Positions 9,144 through 17,353 of a stretch of 64,000 nucleotides of DNA are shown piece by piece. The stretch spans positions 425 to 64,424 of the forward strand of contig DASZJD010000096.1 of assembly GCA_035948415.1 (NCBI GenBank). Reading direction: 5' to 3'. The DNA comes from Acidimicrobiia bacterium. Lineage in GTDB: Bacteria > Actinomycetota > Acidimicrobiia > IMCC26256 > PALSA-555. Positions within the stretch are counted from its first letter, which is position 1. The number at the start of each line of letters is the position of its first letter. The notes below the pieces were generated by a model. That model did no database searches, was not told the DNA's origin, and saw only the letters and a list, made by a program, of their open reading frames with translations. The position numbers and the translations under genes are program-made.

Positions 9144-9662
9144 GTGAGTGAGCCGCATCGACGCCGCCTCGACGTCATGCTCGACGAGGATTACCTCGAC
9201 GGCCTCGACGCCAGACCGCTTGACGAGGTGCGGGCCATGCACGAGGAGTGCCTCGAGGTCGAGACCGAGGTCTCGTACGTGCGTCGCCTGGCTCAGGCGC
9301 GCATCGACATCGTGTCGGCCGAGCTGGATCGTCGATCGGCGGGCCGGTCGGTCGGAGACCTCGTCGCGATGCTGCCCCAGATCCTGGCCGACGAGGCGCC
9401 GCGATCCGACCCGGCGCACAGCCGGCTGCCGCGGCATCTGGCCCCGTCGATGTCGATCCCGTGGCGGCGCGGCCTCGAGGAGCTCATCACCGACTCGACG
9501 CTGGTGAACCTCCCGACGATCAGCGACGACGAACTGCGGGACACTCTCGAGCAGCTCGGCATTCTGGAGCGAGAGATGTCAGGGCGTCGACGAGCCCTGC
9601 ACGGTGTCATCGACCGTATCGAGGCTGACCTCGCGGCGCGACACCGGCTCGACCACGTGTGA
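9144..9662 (+). CDS. RsiG-like anti-sigma factor (c-di-GMP-binding helical hairpin family)
   Basis: Contains [16 protein letters not shown] (E-x3-S-x2-R-x3-Q-x3-D, nt 9261-9308) and [16 protein letters not shown] (same spacing, Q replaced by H, nt 9567-9614). GTG 9144 is preferred over the tracked start at 9057, which would leave only 14 bp to the divergent sodA. Confidence 0.6.
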   Translation: MSEPHRRRLDVMLDEDYLDGLDARPLDEVRAMHEECLEVETEVSYVRRLAQARIDIVSAELDRRSAGRSVGDLVAMLPQILADEAPRSDPAHSRLPRHLAPSMSIPWRRGLEELITDSTLVNLPTISDDELRDTLEQLGILEREMSGRRRALHGVIDRIEADLAARHRLDHV

Positions 9663-9663
9663 C

Positions 9664-10056
9664 GTGGCCGACGCGATTGAGCAACGCCTGCGCGAGCTCG
9701 GCACCTTCATCCGCGACCGGCGGCGCGACGCCCGGCTGTCCTTGCGGCGGCTGAGCGAGCTCGCCGGCGTCTCGAACCCGTACCTCAGCCAGATCGAGCG
9801 CGGCCTGCGCAAGCCCAGTGCGGACGTCCTCCAGCAGGTCGCCCGCGCGCTCGAGGTCTCCGCCGAGACGCTGTACGTGCGGGCCGGGATCCTCGACCCT
9901 CGTGACGGCGAGCCGAATCTCGAACATGAGATCCTGCGCGACTCGTCGCTCACCGAACGCCAGAAGCAAGCCCTGCTCGAGGTCTACCGATCGTTCCAGG
10001 GCGACCCCGAGCGTCGGCCGGCGTCCGACGCCGAGCCCGGGGACCGGGGGTCGTGA
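9664..10056 (+). CDS. XRE-family helix-turn-helix transcriptional regulator
   Basis: HTH LSLRRLSELAGVSNPYLSQIERGLRKPS. In-frame GTG at 9664 lies 2 nt after the upstream stop; the tracked start at 9604 would overlap the upstream gene. Confidence 0.8.
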   Translation: MADAIEQRLRELGTFIRDRRRDARLSLRRLSELAGVSNPYLSQIERGLRKPSADVLQQVARALEVSAETLYVRAGILDPRDGEPNLEHEILRDSSLTERQKQALLEVYRSFQGDPERRPASDAEPGDRGS

Positions 10057-10084
10057 CGACCGCGTCTGTAGGATCGGCCGCGCC

Positions 10085-11314
10085 ATGAGCGTCCCCCGCG
10101 TCGCGATGCTGAGCGTGCACACGTCGCCCCTGGCCCAGCCCGGCGCGGGTGACGGCGGCGGCATGAACGTCTACGTGCGCTCGCTCGGTGAGGCTCTGGT
10201 CCGGGCTGGCGTCGGCTGCGACATCCTCACCCGCGCCGAGCACCCCGCCCAGCGTCCGATCGTCGAGCTCGAGCCGGGACTGCGCGTCGTGCACCTGGAC
10301 GCCGGGCCCCGAGCCCCGGTGCCCAAGCACGCGCTGCCGGAGCTCCTCGACGCCCTCGTGGACGCCGCGCGCGACCACCTGCAGTGTGGACGGTCGTGCT
10401 ACGAGGCCTTGCACGCCAACTACTGGATCTCGGGCGCAGTCGGGCATCGGCTCAAGCACGAGCTCGACCTGCCGCTCGCGGCCACGTTCCACACCCTCGC
10501 CCGCGCCAAGGCGGACGCCGGGATCGTGGACGACCCGGCCGAGCGCGCCGCGGTGGAGGCGGAGGTACTGCGATGCGCGGACGCGGTGCTCGTGGCGACC
10601 GCGGACGAGGGCGCCGGTCTGTGCGCGGAGGCCGACGTCGAGCCGGAGCGGGTCGAGGTCGTTGCCCCCGGCGTCGACCACGCGCTCTTCTCGCCCGGCG
10701 AGCCGAGCGTGGCCCGCCGTCGCCTGGGCCTGCGGACGGACCGTCCGATGCTGCTCTTCGTCGGCCGCATCCAGCCGCTGAAGGGGGTCGACGTCGCCGT
10801 CCGCACCCTGGCCGCGATCGGCGACGCCACGACGGAGCTGGTCGTCGTGGGTGGCCCTAGCGGCACCAACGGTCCCAGCGAGGTGGCGCGCCTGCACGCG
10901 CTGGCCGACGAGCTCGGCGTCGCCCGCCGCATCCGGTGGGTCCGTCCGGTTCCGCACCAGCGGCTGGCCGACTGGTACCGGGCCGCCGACGTGTGCCTGG
11001 TGCCCTCGCGGACCGAATCGTTCGGCCTGGTCGCGCTCGAGGCCGCCGCGTGCGGAACGCCGGTCGTCGCGGCCGACGTCGGCGGCCTGCGCACCCTCGT
11101 CGACGACGGTCGCACCGGCTTCCTGGTCGGCGGACGGGAGCCGGACCAGTACGCCGCTCCGGTCCAGCGGCTCCTCGACGATGACGGCCTGGCGGCCGAG
11201 ATGGGCACGAGCGCGGCGGCGCGCGCCGCCCGCTACACGTGGAGCATCGCGGCGGCGCGGCTGCGGCGCCTCTACTCGGACCTCGCCGCCCGCGCCCTCG
11301 TCCGCTGCTCGTGA
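10085..11314 (+). CDS. mshA: D-inositol-3-phosphate glycosyltransferase (mycothiol biosynthesis)
   Basis: RVAMLSVHTSPLAQPGAGDGGGMNVYV N-terminus; GT4 C-terminal region SRTESFGLVALEAAACGTPVVA. ATG at 10085 lies within tracked ORF 9818..11314. Confidence 0.9.
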   Translation: MSVPRVAMLSVHTSPLAQPGAGDGGGMNVYVRSLGEALVRAGVGCDILTRAEHPAQRPIVELEPGLRVVHLDAGPRAPVPKHALPELLDALVDAARDHLQCGRSCYEALHANYWISGAVGHRLKHELDLPLAATFHTLARAKADAGIVDDPAERAAVEAEVLRCADAVLVATADEGAGLCAEADVEPERVEVVAPGVDHALFSPGEPSVARRRLGLRTDRPMLLFVGRIQPLKGVDVAVRTLAAIGDATTELVVVGGPSGTNGPSEVARLHALADELGVARRIRWVRPVPHQRLADWYRAADVCLVPSRTESFGLVALEAAACGTPVVAADVGGLRTLVDDGRTGFLVGGREPDQYAAPVQRLLDDDGLAAEMGTSAAARAARYTWSIAAARLRRLYSDLAARALVRCS

Positions 11315-11760
11315 CGGAGGTCGCGGCCCTCGAGGCTCGCGAGCGGGCCGCCCACGAGCTCGTGGCCGATCACCTCGAGGGCGAGGTCGCGGGCCAGCCG
11401 TTCGTGCAGACCGTCGAGTACGACCCGGAGATCCCGCGCTGGTACGTCCGCTTCGGCTGCGAGGGCCGCGACGCCACGACGATCTACTTCGACCTGCGCC
11501 AGCGGACGCTGCGCTACGAGGTGTACTTCCTGCCCGACCCGCCGCGGAACCAGCTCGACCTCTACCGGTTCCTGTTGCAGCGCAACCACCGGCTCTACGG
11601 CGCGCGCTTCTCGATCGGCCCCGATGGAGACCTCTACCTCACCGGCCGGATCGCGCTCGAGCACCTCGACCGGGCCGAGCTCGACCGGGTGATCGGTGTG
11701 CTCTACGAGATCGTCGAGACGTGGTTTCAGCCCGCGGTGCGTCTCGCGTTCCGCGCCTGA
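11311..11760 (+). CDS. YbjN-domain protein
   Basis: GTG 11311 overlaps the mshA stop (GTGA). The sequence (..RWYVRFGCEGRDATTIYFDLRQRTLRYEVYF..) resembles the YbjN-like proteins that follow mshA in actinobacteria. Confidence 0.55.
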   Translation: MTEVAALEARERAAHELVADHLEGEVAGQPFVQTVEYDPEIPRWYVRFGCEGRDATTIYFDLRQRTLRYEVYFLPDPPRNQLDLYRFLLQRNHRLYGARFSIGPDGDLYLTGRIALEHLDRAELDRVIGVLYEIVETWFQPAVRLAFRA

Positions 11761-11849
11761 GCGCGGACGCGGGCGAGCCCGAGGAACGATCGGGTCCCTC
11801 CGCACTTCCCCGAACGGAGTGGCCTTCCTGCACCTCGGGCTCACCGCCA

Positions 11850-11869
11850 CCGGCACCCGTCGGTGCCGG
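11850..11869 (+). terminator. GC-rich hairpin downstream of the YbjN-like gene (possible terminator)
   Basis: Perfect 8-bp stem CCGGCACC/GGTGCCGG with a 4-nt loop, 90 nt after the stop at 11760. No U tract follows. Confidence 0.2.
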
Positions 11870-11956
11870 GACCGCGGACTGTCGCGCCGGCGGAGCCGCT
11901 GCACAAGGCCCAATCTCTGCGTCGTCCCGGTCGCCGCCATCCCGTAACTTGCTGAC

Positions 11957-12766
11957 ATGGTGCGACTGGCGGTCCTCGGGGGTGGCCGCATGGGTGAGGC
12001 ACTCGTCGCCGGCCTGCGCGAGGCCGGCTGGGAGGCGGACGAGGTCGCGGTCGCCGAGGTCGAACCCGACCGCCGCCGGGTCCTCGAGGAGCGCTTCCCC
12101 GGGGTCCGGGTCGTGCCGAGCCCGGCGTGGGCGGTCGCCGACGCCGAGGTGGTCGTGGTGGCGGTGAAGCCCGCCGACGTCGCCGCCGCGCTCGAGGCCA
12201 CCGCCGAGGCGCTGCCCGCGGACGCGCTCATCCTGTCGCTCGCGGCCGGCGTGCCGCTGGCCGAGCTCGAGCGCGCCGCGCCCGACCACCCGGTCGTGCG
12301 GGCGATGCCGAACACCGCCGCCCTCGTCGGACGCGGCGCGGCGGCCGTCGCCGCCGGCCGCCACGCCGACGTCAGCCACCTCGAGGCCGCCGAGCGAATC
12401 CTCGGGGCCGTCGGCACCGTCGTCCGGCTGCCCGAGCACCATCTCGACGCGGTCACCGCGCTCTCGGGCTCGGGGCCGGCGTACGTGTTCCTCGTCGCCG
12501 AATCGCTCGTCGAGGCGGGGGTCCTCGCGGGCCTGCCGCGCGACGTCGCCGAGGACCTGGTCCGCCAGACGCTGCTCGGCGCGGCGACGCTCCTCGCCGG
12601 CGGTGAGCCGCCGGAGGCGCTGCGCGCCGCGGTGACCTCCCCTGGCGGCACGACTGCGGCCGGTCTCCAGGTCCTGGAGCGACGAGGGGTGCGCAGCGCG
12701 TTCCTCGACGCGGTGCTCGCGGCCACCGAGCGGTCGCGCCAGCTCGGTGAGACGAACCGGCCGTGA
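11957..12766 (+). CDS. proC: pyrroline-5-carboxylate reductase
   Basis: LAVLGGGRMGEAL NADP motif, VRAMPNTAALVG, SGSGPAYVF, VTSPGGTTAAG. Confidence 0.9.
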   Translation: MVRLAVLGGGRMGEALVAGLREAGWEADEVAVAEVEPDRRRVLEERFPGVRVVPSPAWAVADAEVVVVAVKPADVAAALEATAEALPADALILSLAAGVPLAELERAAPDHPVVRAMPNTAALVGRGAAAVAAGRHADVSHLEAAERILGAVGTVVRLPEHHLDAVTALSGSGPAYVFLVAESLVEAGVLAGLPRDVAEDLVRQTLLGAATLLAGGEPPEALRAAVTSPGGTTAAGLQVLERRGVRSAFLDAVLAATERSRQLGETNRP

Positions 12767-13665
12767 CGCGCCGACCGCGCCGGGACCTCCCACCCCGGCT
12801 CACGGAGCGGTCGAACCCGGCCCGCCCTGCGCTCACGCGATCACCGGCGCCGACGGCGGCGCGCCGCCTCGTCCGGGCCGGGGTGTGTGGGCGGCATCCG
12901 CGCCTCGGTCACGGCGAGGTGCTGGCAGCGGCGCGGCGGCTGGCCGACACCGAGTCCGCGCGCGGGACGTCGCCGGTCACGCTCGACGAGGTCGTCGCCG
13001 CCGTCGCCGCCGCCGCCGGCCCTCAAGGTGAGCGGCACGGCGAGATCGATCCGGCTCGGACGCTCGCCGCCGCGGCCCGGGCCGGTCAGGAGGTCGCGGC
13101 CGTGGCCCGAGCCGGCGGGCGGATCGCCCTCGCGACCGCGGCGCCCCCCTCGCTCCTCAGCCTCTACGCCGCGCTGGCGCGGGCGGCGCGGGCGGCCGGG
13201 GGGGTCGTCGCCGACCCTGGGGCCGCCGGGCCGTACGCGTCGGGACGACTCCTCTGGTGGCTGGACGGCGTCGCGGTCGCCACCGACGGCCGGGCGCTCG
13301 TCGAGGAGTCGCGGCCCGAGGCGGCTGACGAGTGGCTCTTCTCGGCCGGCCGGCCCGCGATCGCCGTCGCCGACGGCGTGTTCGCGGTCGGGGCGATCGC
13401 GGCGGGCGTGCCCACGGTGGCGTTCGCAGACCTCGACGCTCCCGCCCCCGCACTGGCGGCGCAGCAAGGTCGGCCGGTCGTCGTCGTCCCGCTGGCGCTG
13501 CGTCGACCGCCCGCGGCGTACGGGCCCGTCACCGCCGCCGTGCTCGAGACCGTGAGGGGCGCCGGCCCCGTGGTCCACGACCGCGACGCCACACGGCAGC
13601 CGCCACACTTGGCAACAGAGACCCCGGGGACGTACGCTGGCCCCCCGAGCGGGGGAGAGGGGTGA
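12763..13665 (+). CDS. Ala-rich conserved hypothetical protein
   Basis: GTG 12763 overlaps the proC stop (GTGA). The first ~50 codons are Arg/Pro-rich and may be non-coding (alternative GTG 12919). No family recognised. Confidence 0.4.
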   Translation: MTRRPRRDLPPRLTERSNPARPALTRSPAPTAARRLVRAGVCGRHPRLGHGEVLAAARRLADTESARGTSPVTLDEVVAAVAAAAGPQGERHGEIDPARTLAAAARAGQEVAAVARAGGRIALATAAPPSLLSLYAALARAARAAGGVVADPGAAGPYASGRLLWWLDGVAVATDGRALVEESRPEAADEWLFSAGRPAIAVADGVFAVGAIAAGVPTVAFADLDAPAPALAAQQGRPVVVVPLALRRPPAAYGPVTAAVLETVRGAGPVVHDRDATRQPPHLATETPGTYAGPPSGGEG

Positions 13666-13667
13666 GC

Positions 13668-13871
13668 GTGGCGGACTCGGCGGACTCGTTTGCTAAAGCG
13701 CGCTTTCTGACGGTCCAGGAGGTGGCGGACCTCATGCGGGTCTCGTCGATGACCGTGTACCGGCTGATCAAGGCGGGCGACCTGCCCGCGGTCCGGGTGG
13801 GGCGCTCGTTCCGGGTGCGTGACGTCGACGTCGACACGTACCTCTCGTCCCGCTACACGCAGGCGGGATAG
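13668..13871 (+). CDS. small excisionase/MerR-like helix-turn-helix DNA-binding protein
   Basis: 67 aa; LTVQEVADLMRVSSMTVYRLIKAGDLPAVRVGRSFRV. GTG lies 2 nt after the upstream stop. Its position after proC matches the conserved actinobacterial arrangement. Confidence 0.75.
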   Translation: MADSADSFAKARFLTVQEVADLMRVSSMTVYRLIKAGDLPAVRVGRSFRVRDVDVDTYLSSRYTQAG

Positions 13872-13895
13872 CTGGGGCCAGGGGGCGAGAGGCCG

Positions 13896-14723
13896 GTGAG
13901 CAGGCCGGTCGCCTTCCTCTCCGACTACGGCCTCGTCGACGAGTTCGTCGGCGTGTGCAAGGGCGTGATGCTCGGCCTCGCCGCCGGCCTCGACGTCATC
14001 GACCTCACGCACCAGGTGCCCGCCCACGACGTCCGCGCCGGGGCCCTCGCCCTGGTGCGGGCGGTCCAGTACCTCCCCGACGGCTGCGTCGTGCTGGCGG
14101 TGGTCGACCCCGGCGTTGGCACCGAGCGCCGGCTCGTCGGGGTCGAGTGCGACCGAGCCGTCTTCGTCGGCCCGGACAACGGCCTGCTGGCCCCGGCCGT
14201 CGCCATGCTCGGCGGGGCGCGCCGGGTCGTGCACCTCACCAACACGGAGCACCAGCTGCCTGCTCCCGGGCCGACCTTCGCCGGCCGGGACGTCATGGCC
14301 CCCGCCGCCGCCCACCTCGCCGCCGGCGGCACGCTCGAGGACCTCGGCGAGCCGGTGGACCCGGCGACCCTGGTGCCCGGCGTCGTCGGCCTGCCCCGCG
14401 TCCTGCCTGGCGGCGCCGTCGAGGCCGACGTCTGGTGGGTGGACCGCTTCGGGAACTGCCAGCTCAACGTCGGCCCCGACGAGTTGGAGGCGGCCGGGGC
14501 CGAGCCCGGCGGGACCCTCGAGGTGCGGGTCGGAGGCCGGGCCAAAGCCGCCCGCTGGGTCCACACCTACGCCGCCGCTCGCCCGTCCGAGCTCGTCCTC
14601 CTCGTCGACTCGTACGGCCTCGCCGCCCTCGCCCTGGACCGTCGCTCGGCCGCCGCCGAGTACGACCTTCAGCCGGGCTCGACGGTGATCCTCGTCCCCC
14701 CTGGCGCTACCGTGCCGCCGTGA
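13896..14723 (+). CDS. SAM hydrolase / SAM-dependent halogenase (DUF62) family protein
   Basis: FLSDYGLVDEFVGVCKGV, VVDPGVGT and VGPDNGLL motifs. Confidence 0.8.
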   Translation: MSRPVAFLSDYGLVDEFVGVCKGVMLGLAAGLDVIDLTHQVPAHDVRAGALALVRAVQYLPDGCVVLAVVDPGVGTERRLVGVECDRAVFVGPDNGLLAPAVAMLGGARRVVHLTNTEHQLPAPGPTFAGRDVMAPAAAHLAAGGTLEDLGEPVDPATLVPGVVGLPRVLPGGAVEADVWWVDRFGNCQLNVGPDELEAAGAEPGGTLEVRVGGRAKAARWVHTYAAARPSELVLLVDSYGLAALALDRRSAAAEYDLQPGSTVILVPPGATVPP

Positions 14724-15060
14724 GGCCGGGCACCACGATCGCCATCGCCGCCCTCCTCGTCCTCATCTTCGCCGCCGCTTTCGCGCAGTTCGTCCTCCGG
14801 CTCAGCCCGTAGTCGCCGCCCCCCCATTCCACTCTCAGTGACGAAAATGCTCAAGCCGATCACGCAGAGCGACGATGCTGGGGACGGTTCCGGCACGCGG
14901 GCGTGGGGAGCGTGACGCCACGAAAAAGTGGCGATCACTGGCCTCCCAGCCCGCCCCAAGACCCACGCCCGCGGCTGGAGCCACCTCCTCCTCTCCGAGG
15001 CGCTGACCCCTCTCCGCGGCACTCACCGGCCGGACGGCGCCACCCCCTTACCATCCCCCC

Positions 15061-16527
15061 GTGAACCTCGCCGCCGCCCTCCAGCACGGGGGGCTCGGCC
15101 GGCCCGACGCGGTCGCGCTGATCGGCGGGCGCGGCGCCACGACGTTCGGGGCCCTCGCCGAGTCGTCGGCCCGCCTGGCCGCCGCCCTGGCCGACGACGG
15201 GGTGCGGCCCGGCGACCGGGTCGCGCTCGTCAGCCCCAACAACGAGGCGTTCGTGACCGGATACCTCGCCGCCCTCCACGCCGGCGCCACGTGCGTGCCG
15301 CTGAACCCGATGGCGCCGCCCGCCGAGCTCGAGCGCGACCTCGCCGCGGTCGAGCCCCGGCTCACCCTCGCGGCCGGGTCGGTGGCGCCGCTCGTCACCG
15401 CCGCGGGGCAGCGGCTGCGGACCGTCGACCTGGACGCCCTGCCCGACACCGCCGCTCCGCTCGCCGAACGGTCGGCCGCTGACATCGCGGTGCTGCTCTT
15501 CACGTCCGGGACCGCGGGACGGCCGAAGGCGGCGATGCTGACCCACGGGAACCTCGCCGCCAACATCGCCCAGGTCCTCGACCACCCCGGCCTGGCGGTC
15601 GGGCCGTCCGACGTCGCTCTCGGTGCGCTGCCGTTCTTCCATGTCTTCGGGCTCAACGTCGTCCTCGGCGTGGCGCTCGCGGCCGGCGCCAGCACCGTGC
15701 TCGTCGACCGGTTCCAGCCCCGTCCCGCCGCCCGGCTCGTCGAGCGCCACGCCGTGACCGTGCTGGCGGGGGTCCCGACGATGTTCGGCGACTGGCTCGA
15801 CGTCGACGCCGACGACGCGACCGAAGAGACGTTCCGGTCGGTCCGCCTGGCGGTGTCGGGAGCCGCGGCGCTGCCCGCCGAGGTCGAGGCCGGGTTCAGC
15901 GCCCGCTTCGGCCTCGTCCTCCACCAGGGCTATGGGCTCACGGAGGCGTCGCCGATCGTGGCCACGACGGCGCTGGAGCCCGCCCCGCCCCGCCCCGGGT
16001 CCATCGGTCGCCCGCTGCCGGGCGTCGACGTCCGCCTCGCCGACCTCGACGGCGCCGACGTCCTCACCGGCGACCCCGGCGAGATCTGGGTCCGGGGCCC
16101 GAACGTCTTCCCCGGCTACTGGCGGGACCCGGAGGCGACGCGCCTGGTGCTCGGGGACGACGGGTGGCTCCGCACCGGGGACGTGGCCGTGCTCGACGAG
16201 CACGGCGACCTTCGGCTGGTCGACCGCCGCAAGGACCTCGTCATCGTGTCCGGCTTCAACGTCTACCCCGTCGAGGTGGAAGACGTCCTCCGGACCCATC
16301 CGGACGTGCGCGACGCCGCCGTCGCCGCCGCCCCGAACCCGCGCACGGGCGAGGCCGTCGTCGCCTTCGTCGTGCCCGAGCCCGGGCACACGCCCGACCC
16401 CGCCGCGCTCATCGCGCACTGCGCCCGGTCGCTCGCCCGCTACAAGTGCCCGACGCGCGTCGAGGTGCTCGACGAGCTGCCCCGCGACGCCGCCGGCAAG
16501 CTCCTGCGCCGAGCCCTCCCGGTCTGA
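15061..16527 (+). CDS. AMP-dependent acyl-CoA synthetase/ligase (FadD-like)
   Basis: 488 aa with GTG start; LLFTSGTAGRPKAAMLTHGN AMP-binding motif, GYGLTE, C-terminal AAGKLLRR. Confidence 0.85.
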   Translation: MNLAAALQHGGLGRPDAVALIGGRGATTFGALAESSARLAAALADDGVRPGDRVALVSPNNEAFVTGYLAALHAGATCVPLNPMAPPAELERDLAAVEPRLTLAAGSVAPLVTAAGQRLRTVDLDALPDTAAPLAERSAADIAVLLFTSGTAGRPKAAMLTHGNLAANIAQVLDHPGLAVGPSDVALGALPFFHVFGLNVVLGVALAAGASTVLVDRFQPRPAARLVERHAVTVLAGVPTMFGDWLDVDADDATEETFRSVRLAVSGAAALPAEVEAGFSARFGLVLHQGYGLTEASPIVATTALEPAPPRPGSIGRPLPGVDVRLADLDGADVLTGDPGEIWVRGPNVFPGYWRDPEATRLVLGDDGWLRTGDVAVLDEHGDLRLVDRRKDLVIVSGFNVYPVEVEDVLRTHPDVRDAAVAAAPNPRTGEAVVAFVVPEPGHTPDPAALIAHCARSLARYKCPTRVEVLDELPRDAAGKLLRRALPV

Positions 16528-16585
16528 GGCTCGCGGCGCGGGGACGGTCGCCCTCGCCGCGGCCCACGAGGCGGCGCCGAGGGGC

Positions 16586-17284
16586 TCACGGCGACGCGGT
16601 CGACGGCGTCCGGCGGCGTCGCCCGGCCACCCGGAAGCCGGCGTAGACGACCACGATGCCGGCGGCGAGGGTCGCGGCGAAGGCCTCGTCGTGGCCGAGG
16701 AAGCCCTGGACCAGGCCGCCGCTCGACAGGACGAGGGTGCCGGCGGCGATGAGCCCGTTGGCGACGGCGCGGCGTGCGTTGCCGGGCTGGGTCCGATCCC
16801 GGGCGAACCGGACGGCCGACAGGACGGCGCCGACGAGGATGACCGTGGCCCCGATCCCGCTGCCGACCGCGGCCAGCGCCCGGGGGAAGGCGCCGAAGGT
16901 CCGGCTGGCCACGGGGATGCGGGTGCCCGCCACCGCGCGCATGGGGGCACTCGCGATCACGCCCGCGGCGAGGCCGGAGAAGAACACGACGAACCACTGG
17001 GCCCGGCGGCCCGCCCGGGGCCCGAGCAGGAGGTCGACGGTCCCGAGCGCCAGCCACGGCACGTCCAGCACCGCGCCGAGCAGGAAGAAGACCCGGTAGG
17101 TGCCGCGGTCCCAGCCGTTCGAGGTCCCGAGGGCCAGGGCGGCGGCCGCCAGGGCGAAGAGCGCCAGGGCCACGGTCCAGTCCCACAGCTCGCGCCGCCG
17201 CCGCTGCTGGGTGGCAGCCGCCAGCGTCGACTCGGCGAACAGGGAGGCGACGGCGGTGGCCACGAACGCCAACCCCGTCACCAT
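16586..17284 (-). CDS. integral membrane protein, unknown function
   Basis: ATG at 17284 within tracked ORF 16586..18034; 232 aa with about six hydrophobic segments. The rest of the tracked ORF is antisense to rex. Confidence 0.5.
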   Translation of the reverse strand: MVTGLAFVATAVASLFAESTLAAATQQRRRRELWDWTVALALFALAAAALALGTSNGWDRGTYRVFFLLGAVLDVPWLALGTVDLLLGPRAGRRAQWFVVFFSGLAAGVIASAPMRAVAGTRIPVASRTFGAFPRALAAVGSGIGATVILVGAVLSAVRFARDRTQPGNARRAVANGLIAAGTLVLSSGGLVQGFLGHDEAFAATLAAGIVVVYAGFRVAGRRRRTPSTASP

Positions 17285-17323
17285 CTCGGTGGCGAGCGTA
17301 GGCGCCCCGCCTCGACCTCGCGC

Positions 17324-17341
17324 TTGTGACCGCGTGCACAA
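17324..17341. promoter_or_regulatory. Rex operator (ROP)-like palindrome
   Basis: TTGTGACCGCGTGCACAA matches 12 of 14 specified positions of TTGTGAA-N4-TTCACAA. It sits inside a perfect 9-bp inverted repeat GCGCTTGTG-N8-CACAAGCGC (17320-17345), in the 69-bp divergent region directly upstream of rex. Confidence 0.6.
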
Positions 17342-17353
17342 GCGCGGGATAGG

